Below are positions 9,296 through 19,078 of a stretch of 64,000 nucleotides of DNA, in pieces; the stretch's first letter is position 1, and the number at the start of each line of letters is the position of its first letter. Both the position numbers and the translations under genes were made by a program. Source of the stretch: a virus. The notes below the pieces were generated by a model. It had not been told where the DNA came from. It made no database searches and saw nothing but the letters and a program-made list of their open reading frames with translations. The DNA is taken from positions 4,187 through 68,186 of IMG/VR virus record IMGVR_UViG_3300036768_000756; one strand, written 5' to 3'.

Positions 9296-9568
9296 TCACA
9301 CCCTATGCCACGAGAGCGCCAAGAATGCCACCTGTGAGATCACCCCGATGGCCGCCGCCAGGGCCGCCCAGGCCACCCGCGTGGCGAATGCACGCATCGC
9401 AGCGCGATCCTCCGCAATCTCTCGCGCGAGCGCATCAACTGCAGCCCGCAAGTGCTCGATCTCGGTCTCCAGGGACGCGAGCCGCTCCAGGAGCCCACGG
9501 GTCGTACCGTCGCCATACACAATTCGGTGGATATCCTCGTCGTCGCGTCTCATCTCGGTGCACTCCAT
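9296..9568 (-). CDS. Coiled-coil membrane protein, holin/lysis-associated candidate
   Basis: Directly upstream of endolysin; coiled coil plus C-terminal hydrophobic helix; TAATG overlap with previous gene. Confidence 0.55.
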   Translation of the reverse strand: MECTEMRRDDEDIHRIVYGDGTTRGLLERLASLETEIEHLRAAVDALAREIAEDRAAMRAFATRVAWAALAAAIGVISQVAFLALSWHRV

Positions 9569-12500
9569 TATCGACTCCATGGCGGTACCCCGACAGCGCG
9601 GGAGTCCACGCGGTATAGCGCTGGGGCATCGATGCTCACGGATTGCCCGGTCTGGATCCTGAGCCACACTTGCACGTACGCCACGGCCTGCGCCGTTACC
9701 CGAGCGGTTGCATAATACCTCAGCCACCCGAGCCCGTTGCGCTCTGCTGTGGGTCGTAGTGCCACCTGCAGGTCGGTGCCGATGATGTTGCCCGCCGAAT
9801 CCATCTGCCGCACTACAACACTCGTGCGCTGTGTCGTGGATAGCCAGGCAGCCCACAGGAACGTCCAGCCCGGGCGGGCGACATGCAGTCGCGCCGCAGC
9901 GTCGGTATCACCGAGTGTTGGTGTATCGAAGAACGACGCTGTGGTGGTCGCGCTGAGCGTGACATATCGGTCGCCGACACAATTCTGGTCGACGGTGACG
10001 GTCGCCGTGGCACCGTTGTACCACCAGCCGGCGGGGAAGCCGCCCGATCGGAGCTGCGAAAAATCCGAATTGCGAAACCGGTTGCTCGTAGCTCTCGGTG
10101 CATCCGCGATCGCTGGCGCGAGATCGAGCACGCCCGGCTGCAATGTCGCCTGCGGTGTGCCGGTCTGCACATAGGCCATGTTGGCGCGCCACGGAGCAAG
10201 CTCAACCTCGGTCTCGTCGCCGATCTGGAGCCCGCGCACGATCCAGTCGCCGCTATGGCGGCCCGTGGAGTCCGCCACACGCACGACGTCGTGCGGGCGG
10301 ACATGCCAGAGCTCTGGTCCCCAGCCGCTTCGGATCGCAAGGCGATCTCTATCCGCAAGCTCGTGCGCGGCGATCCGGTACGCCATCGTGTCCACTGTCT
10401 GGCGATCCATGAGCAGCGGCGCAGTCACGACGAGCTCGGGCCCGGTGTCGCTAAGCTGCAGCGCTAGGTCTCCCGGATACTCGTCGAGCTGATCCAGCAC
10501 GGGCTCGTCGCTCGTGCCGCGTGCCCTGATGAGCGGCCCGAATCGCACGCGGAGACGTGCGGGGGCGGGCCCAATCTCCGGGCGTCCGCTCGCCTCGTCG
10601 TAGCCGCCCGCGTCCGGGCCGAGTAGGAGCGTGTGCTTCCGCGTCCGCTCGGCCTCCCATGTCGCATGCCGGTCTCCGAGATCACGGATGGCCGCGCAGG
10701 TCGTCTTGGCGAGCTCCTCCAGCACGAACTGCGCGCTCTGGCGTTGCAAGGACGCACCGAGCGCGCCGTCGATGCGCCGCGACGGCCGCGCTGCGAGTAT
10801 GCTCGCCGCCTGGTCCGAGCTCTGAAGCCCGAGCCCCATCGTCGAGTGTGCGAGCACGTCATGGATTGCCTGCGCATAGCTCGCGCGTGCGCGTTGCACG
10901 CGAGCCATGACGGCACCACGAGCCTGCCCGGGTAGGCGGACAATAGTAAGCCCCGTGCGGTAGTCCGCACCGTCGAGCACGACAGCATCGCCCGACACCT
11001 CGCAACCAGGCCCCACCTCCAGCACGGTCACGCCGCCGTAGGTGGAGCCCGCCGTGTAGCCGCGCCCAGGAGTGACTAGCGCGACCTCGGTGGCGTACCC
11101 GCCGGACGCCCGCAGGATCACCACGCGCGCGCCACCGGAGCCGATGGAGACGATGTCGCCAGGCGAGCCGGCAATCGTGTTGGCTGCCGGTGTGGCGAGG
11201 ATTGTCTTGACGACGCCGCTCGCAGTCGTGCCGCTGAACGCGATGCCGGACACGGTGACCTGCGTGTCGGAGCCCGATAGCTGCACGGCCGTCACTTGGC
11301 CGTACCGCCACATCGTGTCGGTCGACGACATCCAGCGGAGCGTCGTGCCGGGCACCACGAGCCCGCGCTGGTCTCCGGAGACAACGATGGTGTCACTCGC
11401 CGTGATACTCACTACGGTCAGGCTTGCCCACGACGACGCGCGCTCCAAGCCGGCCTGCTGCGGAGCAATGTCCCACCACACATCTCGCACTGCGAGAACG
11501 TCCGGCGTGCTCGAACCCGCCGGCCGCGCATCCGCCAGGGCAAAGTCGGTCCCGCCGTCCAGTGTCCGGGATTCACCGATGTGCGACAGCGCGTAGATCG
11601 CGTCGCCGTACGGCATCGGGATCGCCGCGCCCGGCTGGCTCGATAGCGGATACCGCCACGGCCACACGGCATCGGCTGGGATCGGATCCTGCGCGCGGTA
11701 CGTGAGCCAGTCGGACAGCGTCACCGCCGTCCCGTCGCGACCGTCTGCGACGGATGTGATGACCATGCGCGGCACGCGCGCAAGCGCGCCGCCCGAATCG
11801 AGCACGTAGACATCGACCGTCCGCCCGATGAGCGCGCGGCCTGCGCCCGAGTATTTCCCCAGCGATGCTCGTGATAGCTCCCGCATATCAATGTCCGATA
11901 GCTCGCGCGGGATGATGGCGACGTCCGCCACGGAGCCGTTGAAGTTATTCAGATTACTGGCCGCAGCCATGATATACGCCGGCAGCGAACCAGCGCCGAG
12001 CGTGAACGACCGCGTGACATCCATTTGCAGAACGCCATCACGCCACGAGCGCCACCGGCCCGTGGTCGAGTCGTACGTATACGCAATCATGGTCCACGTA
12101 TCGGACGGGATTGCGATTTGCGAGTTGGGGCGCGGATCGCTGCCCGTATAACTCGCGGCAAAGAATTCCACCTGGCCGCTAACGTAGCCGTAGATGATTG
12201 CCCAGGATCCGGCCTGGAGCAGATATTTTTGGGTCTGCGAACCGACTGGCCGCACCCACATGAGTACGGTCCATGCCCCCGTGAGCGACGGGGCGGGACC
12301 GCCGGTCACCTGCACGTAGCTCCCGCTCGCGCCACTTCCGCGCCATGCTTCCCGCGCACGCTCGGAAAGATGGGGCCATGTGTCGTCGTGCGAGATCGAC
12401 GACGCCGAGCACACATAATTGCGCGTTACGTCGCTATCGCCGGACGTCTCATGGCCACGCCACCACATCGTGGGCCGATAGCTGGCGATAAGCTCGCCCA

Positions 12501-13362
12501 CCGTGCGCCGGTCCGTCGGATCGAGCACCACGGTCGCCGGAGTCGCCTGCTCGATGCCGTAGTAGCCGCGTGAGAGCTCGGCGCCGATGCCCGTGATGCG
12601 CTGAATCCGCGTGCGCGGCACGTTAGCCCCTAGGGCCAGCAGCCGGTCGTCTGGCTCGTCTGTGGTCCAGGCCTGCTCGCTGGTGTCTCCCCTCGCGACG
12701 TGGCACACGTAGACTATGCGGCTCTCCCGTGTGGCGCGCGGTGAGCGGCCCACGCGCGGGTGCAGATAGAGTGCGGGTATGGCCGTGCTGGTGTATGTCC
12801 CCATGCTGCCCACGATGTCGCGCTCCACGCCACCACCGCCGCGGAGTGGCATATACGACGTGGGCCCATAGTCGAGTGCCGTGCGGCCCTGAGAGAGCTC
12901 GATGCAATCCGCATCGGAGAGAGCCCGCTGCCACAAAGCGACCTCGGCGACCACGCCGTCCAGCGTCTCCGTCCCGTTTGCGTGCCGCCCGATCCACATC
13001 GCGCCCGTCTGCGTGCCCATGGCGCCGACAGTCGCCTCCACGTATCGCACACCGTCATAGAATCCCGTCGCCGTGCTGCCCTGGCGTCGCATCACGACCC
13101 ATCCGCCATACGCCCGATGGTATGGTTCTGCCAACTGCACGAGATAGACGTCATAGCTAGGCACGACGAGCCGGAAGCCAGTTGGGTCCACGCGCACCTG
13201 CCACGAGACGGTCGTGGCACTGCCTGCGTAGAGCACGGTCTGTGCCGCTGACCCGGTCGAGTCCCACCGGCACCAAAATGCGATGGTCCACTCGCTGAGC
13301 CCCGCCAGAGGATGCTGGCCACTGCTGACCAGGTAGCGGATGCTGCTGCAGATGACCGCCAT
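9568..13362 (-). CDS. Large tail/baseplate protein with two LamG (ConA-like) domains and a C-terminal carbohydrate-binding-like domain
   Basis: WTIAFW...DGVVAEVALWQRALS and WTVLMWVRP...FNGSVADVAIIPRELS; NRFRNSDFS...PAGW; lies downstream of tape measure. Confidence 0.8.
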   Translation of the reverse strand: MAVICSSIRYLVSSGQHPLAGLSEWTIAFWCRWDSTGSAAQTVLYAGSATTVSWQVRVDPTGFRLVVPSYDVYLVQLAEPYHRAYGGWVVMRRQGSTATGFYDGVRYVEATVGAMGTQTGAMWIGRHANGTETLDGVVAEVALWQRALSDADCIELSQGRTALDYGPTSYMPLRGGGGVERDIVGSMGTYTSTAIPALYLHPRVGRSPRATRESRIVYVCHVARGDTSEQAWTTDEPDDRLLALGANVPRTRIQRITGIGAELSRGYYGIEQATPATVVLDPTDRRTVGELIASYRPTMWWRGHETSGDSDVTRNYVCSASSISHDDTWPHLSERAREAWRGSGASGSYVQVTGGPAPSLTGAWTVLMWVRPVGSQTQKYLLQAGSWAIIYGYVSGQVEFFAASYTGSDPRPNSQIAIPSDTWTMIAYTYDSTTGRWRSWRDGVLQMDVTRSFTLGAGSLPAYIMAAASNLNNFNGSVADVAIIPRELSDIDMRELSRASLGKYSGAGRALIGRTVDVYVLDSGGALARVPRMVITSVADGRDGTAVTLSDWLTYRAQDPIPADAVWPWRYPLSSQPGAAIPMPYGDAIYALSHIGESRTLDGGTDFALADARPAGSSTPDVLAVRDVWWDIAPQQAGLERASSWASLTVVSITASDTIVVSGDQRGLVVPGTTLRWMSSTDTMWRYGQVTAVQLSGSDTQVTVSGIAFSGTTASGVVKTILATPAANTIAGSPGDIVSIGSGGARVVILRASGGYATEVALVTPGRGYTAGSTYGGVTVLEVGPGCEVSGDAVVLDGADYRTGLTIVRLPGQARGAVMARVQRARASYAQAIHDVLAHSTMGLGLQSSDQAASILAARPSRRIDGALGASLQRQSAQFVLEELAKTTCAAIRDLGDRHATWEAERTRKHTLLLGPDAGGYDEASGRPEIGPAPARLRVRFGPLIRARGTSDEPVLDQLDEYPGDLALQLSDTGPELVVTAPLLMDRQTVDTMAYRIAAHELADRDRLAIRSGWGPELWHVRPHDVVRVADSTGRHSGDWIVRGLQIGDETEVELAPWRANMAYVQTGTPQATLQPGVLDLAPAIADAPRATSNRFRNSDFSQLRSGGFPAGWWYNGATATVTVDQNCVGDRYVTLSATTTASFFDTPTLGDTDAAARLHVARPGWTFLWAAWLSTTQRTSVVVRQMDSAGNIIGTDLQVALRPTAERNGLGWLRYYATARVTAQAVAYVQVWLRIQTGQSVSIDAPALYRVDSRAVGVPPWSR

Positions 13363-14143
13363 CTCTAGCGCACCTCCCGCAGTACGACGCGCCCGACCTC
13401 GATGAGCGTGGACGCGCGGTGCTGGATGCGGACCGGCTCCACGAGCCGGCAGACGTACGGCGTCGTGACTGGTACCACGAGCACTGGGTTCGGCCGCGCC
13501 TGCCCCAGTGCCTGCCAGATCGAAAGCTGCGACGCGGGGAGCGCACCGCCGCCCATCTCCAGAATGACCGCCTGCCGCGACGTGAGACGAGGCCTAAGCC
13601 CGTCGATCGTGCGCGCCGAGTCAATCGTGTAGCTGAGCGTGGGTGAGCCGTACGCCGCCTCTAGGCGTGTGCGCGCGAAGCCCATGGCACCGATGTACAG
13701 CATCCCAGAGCCATCGTCCGTCGTACTCGTCATTCCCCGGATCCGCCAGTAGCGACGCTGCACGCCGCCGCTGCCATAATCGACAAAGAGTTTCCGCCGT
13801 CCGGAGTACGCATCCACAGCCGCTGTATACGTGGTCGCGGTCCACGTTGTGGCGTCGGTCGAGTAGGCCACCTCGATCGACGAGAGATTCGGGGCATCGA
13901 TCCACACGCCAAACACCGTCAGGTTGCTGCCCAGGTCGATCTGGATGCCTGCCCCATTCGCGCTCGTGGCTCGCCATCCGACATATGGACGATCGAGATC
14001 AAGCACGTCCCGAATGTCATAGCCGCCCGCAGTAGTGCCAACAGCAATGAGCGCGATCGGCGCATGCCAGTCGGTGATGACGATCATGCCGTGGCCCTCC
14101 CCGTGCGGTGCCCTGGCCGTCGCACAGGCAGCTGCGCCCGCAG
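12847..14143 (+). repeat. 1,297-bp apparently identical direct repeat, copy 1
   Basis: Flanking mismatches at 12846/46542 and 14144/47840; translations of ORFs lying inside the block are identical in all frames. Confidence 0.85.
13365..14087 (-). CDS. Minor/distal tail protein (discoidin-like features)
   Basis: First gene after tape measure; IQIDLG...YSTD...RYWRI motifs. Confidence 0.65.
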   Translation of the reverse strand: MIVITDWHAPIALIAVGTTAGGYDIRDVLDLDRPYVGWRATSANGAGIQIDLGSNLTVFGVWIDAPNLSSIEVAYSTDATTWTATTYTAAVDAYSGRRKLFVDYGSGGVQRRYWRIRGMTSTTDDGSGMLYIGAMGFARTRLEAAYGSPTLSYTIDSARTIDGLRPRLTSRQAVILEMGGGALPASQLSIWQALGQARPNPVLVVPVTTPYVCRLVEPVRIQHRASTLIEVGRVVLREVR

Positions 14144-17100
14144 GGCGGCGGTATTCTCCCTGAGCGCGGCGGTATTCTCGGCCTGCGCGCGGATCTGCTC
14201 CTCGAAGCGCTGCTGCTCGATCGCGGCCTGCTCACGGAGCACACGCTCGGATTCGCGGAGCCCTACCAGCGCCTGCTGCTCCAAGACGCGCCGCTGCATG
14301 CTGCCCGCCGCAAACTGCGAGGCGAGCTGCAAGAGCTCCGTGCTACGCTGCTCCACGATGCGCGCGCGGTCGATGGCCGCCACACCGGAGGCCTGACGGA
14401 GTGCTGCGAGCGCCTGCTGCTGCTCCTGTAGGAGCGTCGCCCGCTGGGCTGCCGGGCTCATGCGTGCAAGCTCGATCTGCCGAATGCGCTCCCGCTGGCG
14501 GTCGGCCTCAGCCAATAATGCCTGGGCGCGTGCTGGGCCTTGAAGCGCATCGAGTACGGCCCGGAGTTGCGGCGGGATCAACCGCAAGCCGCGCGCAAAA
14601 TCGAACAGTGCTTGTGTCGCGGAGCGCACTGCCTGCGCGTCGCCTGCTTGAATCGCGGCGAACACGTCGCCCACGACGCGCCGCATCTGGTCGGTAATGC
14701 CAGCGAGCGAGACGTCCGCGATGGCATCTGTGAGCACCTGCCCGATCCGCTCCGCAAATGCCGTCTGCGCGTCGCGGAGCTGGTCATCTGGGACAATGGC
14801 GAGTGCTCGGATGGCGCCAGCAAGCCCTCCCGCTGCCCGGGCGCCGGCCTGGGATATCTGTTCGAGCTGCTGAATGAACCGCCGGAAATCGAGGCTCTGG
14901 CTCCCCGCATCGAGCTGTCGCATCGCGATGCGCGCGACATCGAGCCCTGGCGGCAGCTCGTCGCCAAACAACCGCGCAATCTCCGCGATCGCGAGTTCTA
15001 GCTGCGAGGCGGACAATTGGCCGCGTTCGAACTGGTCATGCAGCGCAAGGAGCGCCCCGCGGAAATCGATACCAGCCGCCTGCGCAGCACGAAGCAGCCA
15101 CTCCTCTGCTTCGCGCGCACCACGCCCGAGGGCGAGGGTCATGTTGGCAATCGTGTTGCCCAATGCCTCGACATCCGGGAGACCCAGCATGCGGCCAAAT
15201 ACGAGCCCAGGCGCCTGTACTGCCGCCTGAACTGCGCGGATGTCCTCTTGCGTGCGCCGTCTAATGGCGGCGACGAATCCAGTATCCCCGGGATATTGCG
15301 CAAGCAGCCGAAATGCCTCGCGACCCGCAGTCGTGTCCGCCAATCGCGGCCCCTCGATAATGCGGCCGGACTCGTCTCGGAATACGATCCGACCGGGAAG
15401 CCCGGCCTTGCCGAACAGCTTCTCCAGCGCCCGCAGCGCGCGATCCTCAGCTGTCGGCAGCGACACGCCAAACAGAGACGTTATGCCACCAATTAGCGCT
15501 CCGATTGCCGCGCCAATCGCAGTCCCAATGCCGGGTATGATGCTACCTATGGCCGCGCCCGCTGCAGCTCCGGCAGCGACGCTGAGGGCGGTCCGACCCG
15601 CATCGAACTGCCCAAAGCGCGTTGTGCCGGGTCCCGTCGCCATCATGATCGGACCCGCGATCAGAGCAGCGAGGCCTGCGCCACCCGCTGCCGCTCCAAG
15701 CGTGGAGAGCGAGATCCCGAGGGTGGAGGCGAGACTGCTTGCGCCCGTGATCGTGGCGAGGGTGCCGCCCGTGATGGCCCCGAGCCCGAGTGTACCGGCA
15801 AGCGCTGCGAGCACCGGTGCAGCAGACGCCGCGCCGGACACCATGCCTGCCAGAGCCTGGGCGATCCCACCCTGCACGAGAGCGCCGGTGATCCCAGCGC
15901 CGAGCCGTGTGAGCACGCCCGCGCCCTGGGCCTTGAGTGTGCGCGACTGCTCGGCGAGCGCGCTGCCGACAATGTCGGACACCGACACTAGCAGGCTATC
16001 TCGGAGCACGAGGCCAATGTCTCCCACACCGCCGCCTGCGATGCGCGCCGTAACCGCGCGAGAGAACGAACCACCGATGATCTCGACCACGTCCACCGCT
16101 GCTGCGCGCGATCGATCTAGGCCTTCTAGCGTCCGGTCCACGCGCTCGCGGAGAATGTCCATCGTGGCGTCGATTTGCTCGATGCGTGCGGCCCATGCTT
16201 CAACCATGCGCGGATCGAAGACCGTCGGCATCACCTGGGCGAGCTGGATCGCCGTCTCTAGCCGCTCTCGCTCTGCCTGTAGCAACGACTCCTCGACGCG
16301 GAGCTGCTGCTCCATTGCTTCGCGCACCGCGGCCATTGCCGCGCGCTGCTCCTCAGGGCCCATTGTTTGCGCGCGTTCGAGAAGCGCCCGGGCGCGCTCG
16401 ACGTCCGCCGCCGCGATCTCACGTGCGGTCTCAGCTCGGATCCGGTCGGCCTGCGAGATGACGTCAGTGACCTGCTCCCACTGGATTCGCAAGTCCTCTG
16501 CGGCCTTCGCCGCATCGGTCGATCGCACGCGGATGCCCGCAAGCGCGTCCGCAAACCGGCTCGTGTCCTGCGCCGCCTCTGCTGCTACTGCGCCGGCGCG
16601 CTGGAAGCTGGCCGCAACCGTCTCCGGCACTGGTGACATGGGCGCGACGGGCGTGAATGGCGGTGGCTCTATCGGGCGCGGCGCTTGCTGCATGCTGCCG
16701 GGCAGGAACAATGCCAACGGCGCGCTGATGCCGAGACCGCTGAGCCCGCCCACGAGCGCGCCAGCTGGGCCGCCGATCAGGCCGCCAAGCACTGCGCCGG
16801 ACAACGCGCCCGTCCCAACTGCCGCCAGCGCGCCAAATGCCGGGCTCGACACGACCGACGCGATCCGTTCGACAGCGACCATGACCCTGGCGAGCCCGGT
16901 CGCCAGGTTCTCTGCGGCCACAACCGCACGTTCGAGGCCGGCCACAATGCTCTGCGGATCCTGCGCGATCTGTGCAGCTACGCCGCGCACCGCGTCCGCC
17001 ACCCGCCCGAGCGTGCGCGCAAGCACCTCGTCGATACGGCCACGCTCGCCCGTCACCGCCCGCGAGATAGCGTCCGCCAAGCCGAAGAACGCATCGCGGA

Positions 17101-17851
17101 TCTGTGCGAGCGCGCCCGTGACCGTTGTGGATCGTGTTACGATGGCACCGATCTGCTCCAGTGCTTCGGCGATGGCGCCGCGCACTTGTGCCATCCGGCC
17201 TCCGAACGTGGAGGCCTCCGCTTCGGCCTGCCCCATCGTACGCCGCCACGCGTCGACGACCAGTGCCCACTTCTCTTGCGCGCTCGCACCCTCGTCGGCG
17301 CGGAGCCTCAGCGTGCGGAGTAGACCATCGAGCCTACCGCCAAGAGCACCGCCCACGAGCTCGGCCATCGCATCAATGGACATGTCGTAGGCCGATGCCA
17401 AGTCCAACACCATGCGCGTGAGTGGCTCGATCTGCTGCCTCTGCGCACCGAATTGGATCAGGAGCCGCTGGACATTGTTGATGGCCTCATCGCCGTGGAT
17501 GGTTAGACGTTGGTAGGCCGCTGCCTGCTCCTGGAGCTGCCGCAGATAGTCCGCGCTCGCCTGGCCCGTCGCGCGCAACGTTGCAGCGAGCCGCGCCGTA
17601 GCGCGGTCCTGCTCGTCGGCTGCGGCAATCGTGGCCCTAAGCGCACTCGTCACCACACCAGAGACCCGCCCGAGTAGCTCCCAGGCCTGGTTTGCAACGA
17701 TGACGCCGCGCGCAAGCCGGCTAAACGACCCCTCGGCTGCGCTCGTCGTGCCAGAGAGCCGCTCGATGGCCTGGCGCGTGCTCTCGACGACACGCACTGC
17801 GCCGTCGTCTTCGACCCGCAGTCGAATCGAGATATCAGAGATCGGCGGCAT
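14084..17851 (-). CDS. Tail tape measure protein
   Basis: ~1255 aa, Ala-rich helical; GAAIGSIIPGIGTAIGAAIG segment; follows tail chaperone genes. Confidence 0.9.
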   Translation of the reverse strand: MPPISDISIRLRVEDDGAVRVVESTRQAIERLSGTTSAAEGSFSRLARGVIVANQAWELLGRVSGVVTSALRATIAAADEQDRATARLAATLRATGQASADYLRQLQEQAAAYQRLTIHGDEAINNVQRLLIQFGAQRQQIEPLTRMVLDLASAYDMSIDAMAELVGGALGGRLDGLLRTLRLRADEGASAQEKWALVVDAWRRTMGQAEAEASTFGGRMAQVRGAIAEALEQIGAIVTRSTTVTGALAQIRDAFFGLADAISRAVTGERGRIDEVLARTLGRVADAVRGVAAQIAQDPQSIVAGLERAVVAAENLATGLARVMVAVERIASVVSSPAFGALAAVGTGALSGAVLGGLIGGPAGALVGGLSGLGISAPLALFLPGSMQQAPRPIEPPPFTPVAPMSPVPETVAASFQRAGAVAAEAAQDTSRFADALAGIRVRSTDAAKAAEDLRIQWEQVTDVISQADRIRAETAREIAAADVERARALLERAQTMGPEEQRAAMAAVREAMEQQLRVEESLLQAERERLETAIQLAQVMPTVFDPRMVEAWAARIEQIDATMDILRERVDRTLEGLDRSRAAAVDVVEIIGGSFSRAVTARIAGGGVGDIGLVLRDSLLVSVSDIVGSALAEQSRTLKAQGAGVLTRLGAGITGALVQGGIAQALAGMVSGAASAAPVLAALAGTLGLGAITGGTLATITGASSLASTLGISLSTLGAAAGGAGLAALIAGPIMMATGPGTTRFGQFDAGRTALSVAAGAAAGAAIGSIIPGIGTAIGAAIGALIGGITSLFGVSLPTAEDRALRALEKLFGKAGLPGRIVFRDESGRIIEGPRLADTTAGREAFRLLAQYPGDTGFVAAIRRRTQEDIRAVQAAVQAPGLVFGRMLGLPDVEALGNTIANMTLALGRGAREAEEWLLRAAQAAGIDFRGALLALHDQFERGQLSASQLELAIAEIARLFGDELPPGLDVARIAMRQLDAGSQSLDFRRFIQQLEQISQAGARAAGGLAGAIRALAIVPDDQLRDAQTAFAERIGQVLTDAIADVSLAGITDQMRRVVGDVFAAIQAGDAQAVRSATQALFDFARGLRLIPPQLRAVLDALQGPARAQALLAEADRQRERIRQIELARMSPAAQRATLLQEQQQALAALRQASGVAAIDRARIVEQRSTELLQLASQFAAGSMQRRVLEQQALVGLRESERVLREQAAIEQQRFEEQIRAQAENTAALRENTAALRAQLPVRRPGHRTGRATA

Positions 17852-18643
17852 CTTGGTCGTCTCCGTCAAGTAGGGCCAATTCCCTCACCGAGTACACGCG
17901 CCCCGAACTGCGCACGCCGGCCACCGCGTGCATGAGCTCGATCACATCGGCGTGCGAGTAGACGCGATCGAGCACAATCATTGGTCGCGTCATGGCGCGG
18001 AGCTCAGCGAGCAGCGCCCCGGTCTCCACGCGCCAGTACTCGCGCGTGATGCCCGAGTCGTCGCGCCACGCCTTACCGCGCAAGCATCGGGATGCGAGTT
18101 CAGCTAATGCCCATGCTTCGGCAGGATACCGCTCTCGCCAGCACCCGCCCTCGCACGCCTCGTGCGCGCAGCAATCCTCACACGATGCCGGGAGTAGCTG
18201 CGATCGATGTGCCGCTATGAGTCGGCAGGCGAGCTCGGGGAGCCGAACTTTTTTTTCTCCCACTCCTCCCGGAGCTCCTCCAGGCTGCGCACAACTGCAT
18301 CTTGCGCGGACGGCACGGCCAATAGGAGCTCGATGAGCTGTTCCTGCCACGTGGGCGGCACATCGTCGAGGTCTGCGAGATCCCTGAGCATCTGTGGATC
18401 GCACCCCGAGAAGTCGACGACCACTGGCGGCGTGGCAATGTCCCGATCCGGCACGCCCGAGACCAGTGCCTGGATGTAGGCTCGCAGGATGTCGCCCTGT
18501 CGCGCGCGCACGCGATCGAGATACATCGCGATCCGACGTCCGGCATGCACCGTGATACGCCGCACCGTGACGCGCCACCCGGCGCATGGCGGCGGCAGCT
18601 CCACGACGCGCGTCTCCTGGGCCTCCAGTTTCTCGTACCGCAT
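17835..18643 (-). CDS. Extended tail assembly chaperone (gpGT-like) made by -1 ribosomal frameshift
   Basis: A-AAA-AAG slippery site at ~18248-18256; -1 frame (KKVRLPELAC...) stays open to 17835; conserved in copy 2. Confidence 0.8.
18215..18643 (-). CDS. Tail assembly chaperone (gpG-like)
   Basis: Between tail tube and tape measure; TGATG start overlap; ends EWEKKKFGSPSSPADS. Confidence 0.75.
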   Translation of the reverse strand: MRYEKLEAQETRVVELPPPCAGWRVTVRRITVHAGRRIAMYLDRVRARQGDILRAYIQALVSGVPDRDIATPPVVVDFSGCDPQMLRDLADLDDVPPTWQEQLIELLLAVPSAQDAVVRSLEELREEWEKKKFGSPSSPADS

Positions 18644-18822
18644 CACGGCGTATCGATGCGCACCCAGACGGGCGAGATGCCCTCGTCCGAGGTGCACCGG
18701 ATGCAGTCGTACGCATCACCATGCACGACCTCGGTGACCCGATAATAGAGCTCGCCATCCGGGTCATACTCCACCCCGCCGCCGGGCAGGCTGCGGAACC
18801 GTACAATGTCACCGACCTGCAT
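18643..18822 (-). CDS. Small hypothetical protein (59 aa, MQVGDIVRFR...)
   Basis: Manual translation (below ORF-track cutoff); conserved at 52369-52545. Confidence 0.7.
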   Translation of the reverse strand: MQVGDIVRFRSLPGGGVEYDPDGELYYRVTEVVHGDAYDCIRCTSDEGISPVWVRIDTP

Positions 18823-18825
18823 GGC

Positions 18826-19065
18826 TCACCTCTTGGCGGCCTTCGCGGCCTGGTCTACGACCTCTCGTACGCCGATGGCCGCAAGCCCACTCAGTGCTGC
18901 GCTCGTGGTGGTGTCGGCCTGGCCGCTTAGCGCGGCACCAATGGCACCGATGACCGTGGCCAGGATCGGCACGAGCGGCTTCGGGATCAGCGGCATCACT
19001 CGCCTCACGAGGCTCGTGAGGATCGCCGCAGCTGCAGGAATCGCAATGCGAAGAATGTCATCCAT
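18826..19065 (-). CDS. Small multi-pass membrane protein, holin-like
   Basis: 79 aa, 2-3 hydrophobic helices, basic C-terminus; AGGAGG RBS. Confidence 0.6.
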   Translation of the reverse strand: MDDILRIAIPAAAAILTSLVRRVMPLIPKPLVPILATVIGAIGAALSGQADTTTSAALSGLAAIGVREVVDQAAKAAKR

Positions 19066-19078
19066 GGGGCACCTCCTA

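Noticed and set aside
15240-17390. Long plus-strand ORFs (716 aa here; also 48624-49940, 50169-51221, 21933-23120, 2574-2990)
   Set aside because: Antisense shadows of real GC-rich genes; broken differently in the two copies.
17835-18812. 325-aa ORF as a single gene
   Set aside because: The 5' part overlaps two better-supported genes in other frames; the part after the slippery site is best explained as the frameshift extension.
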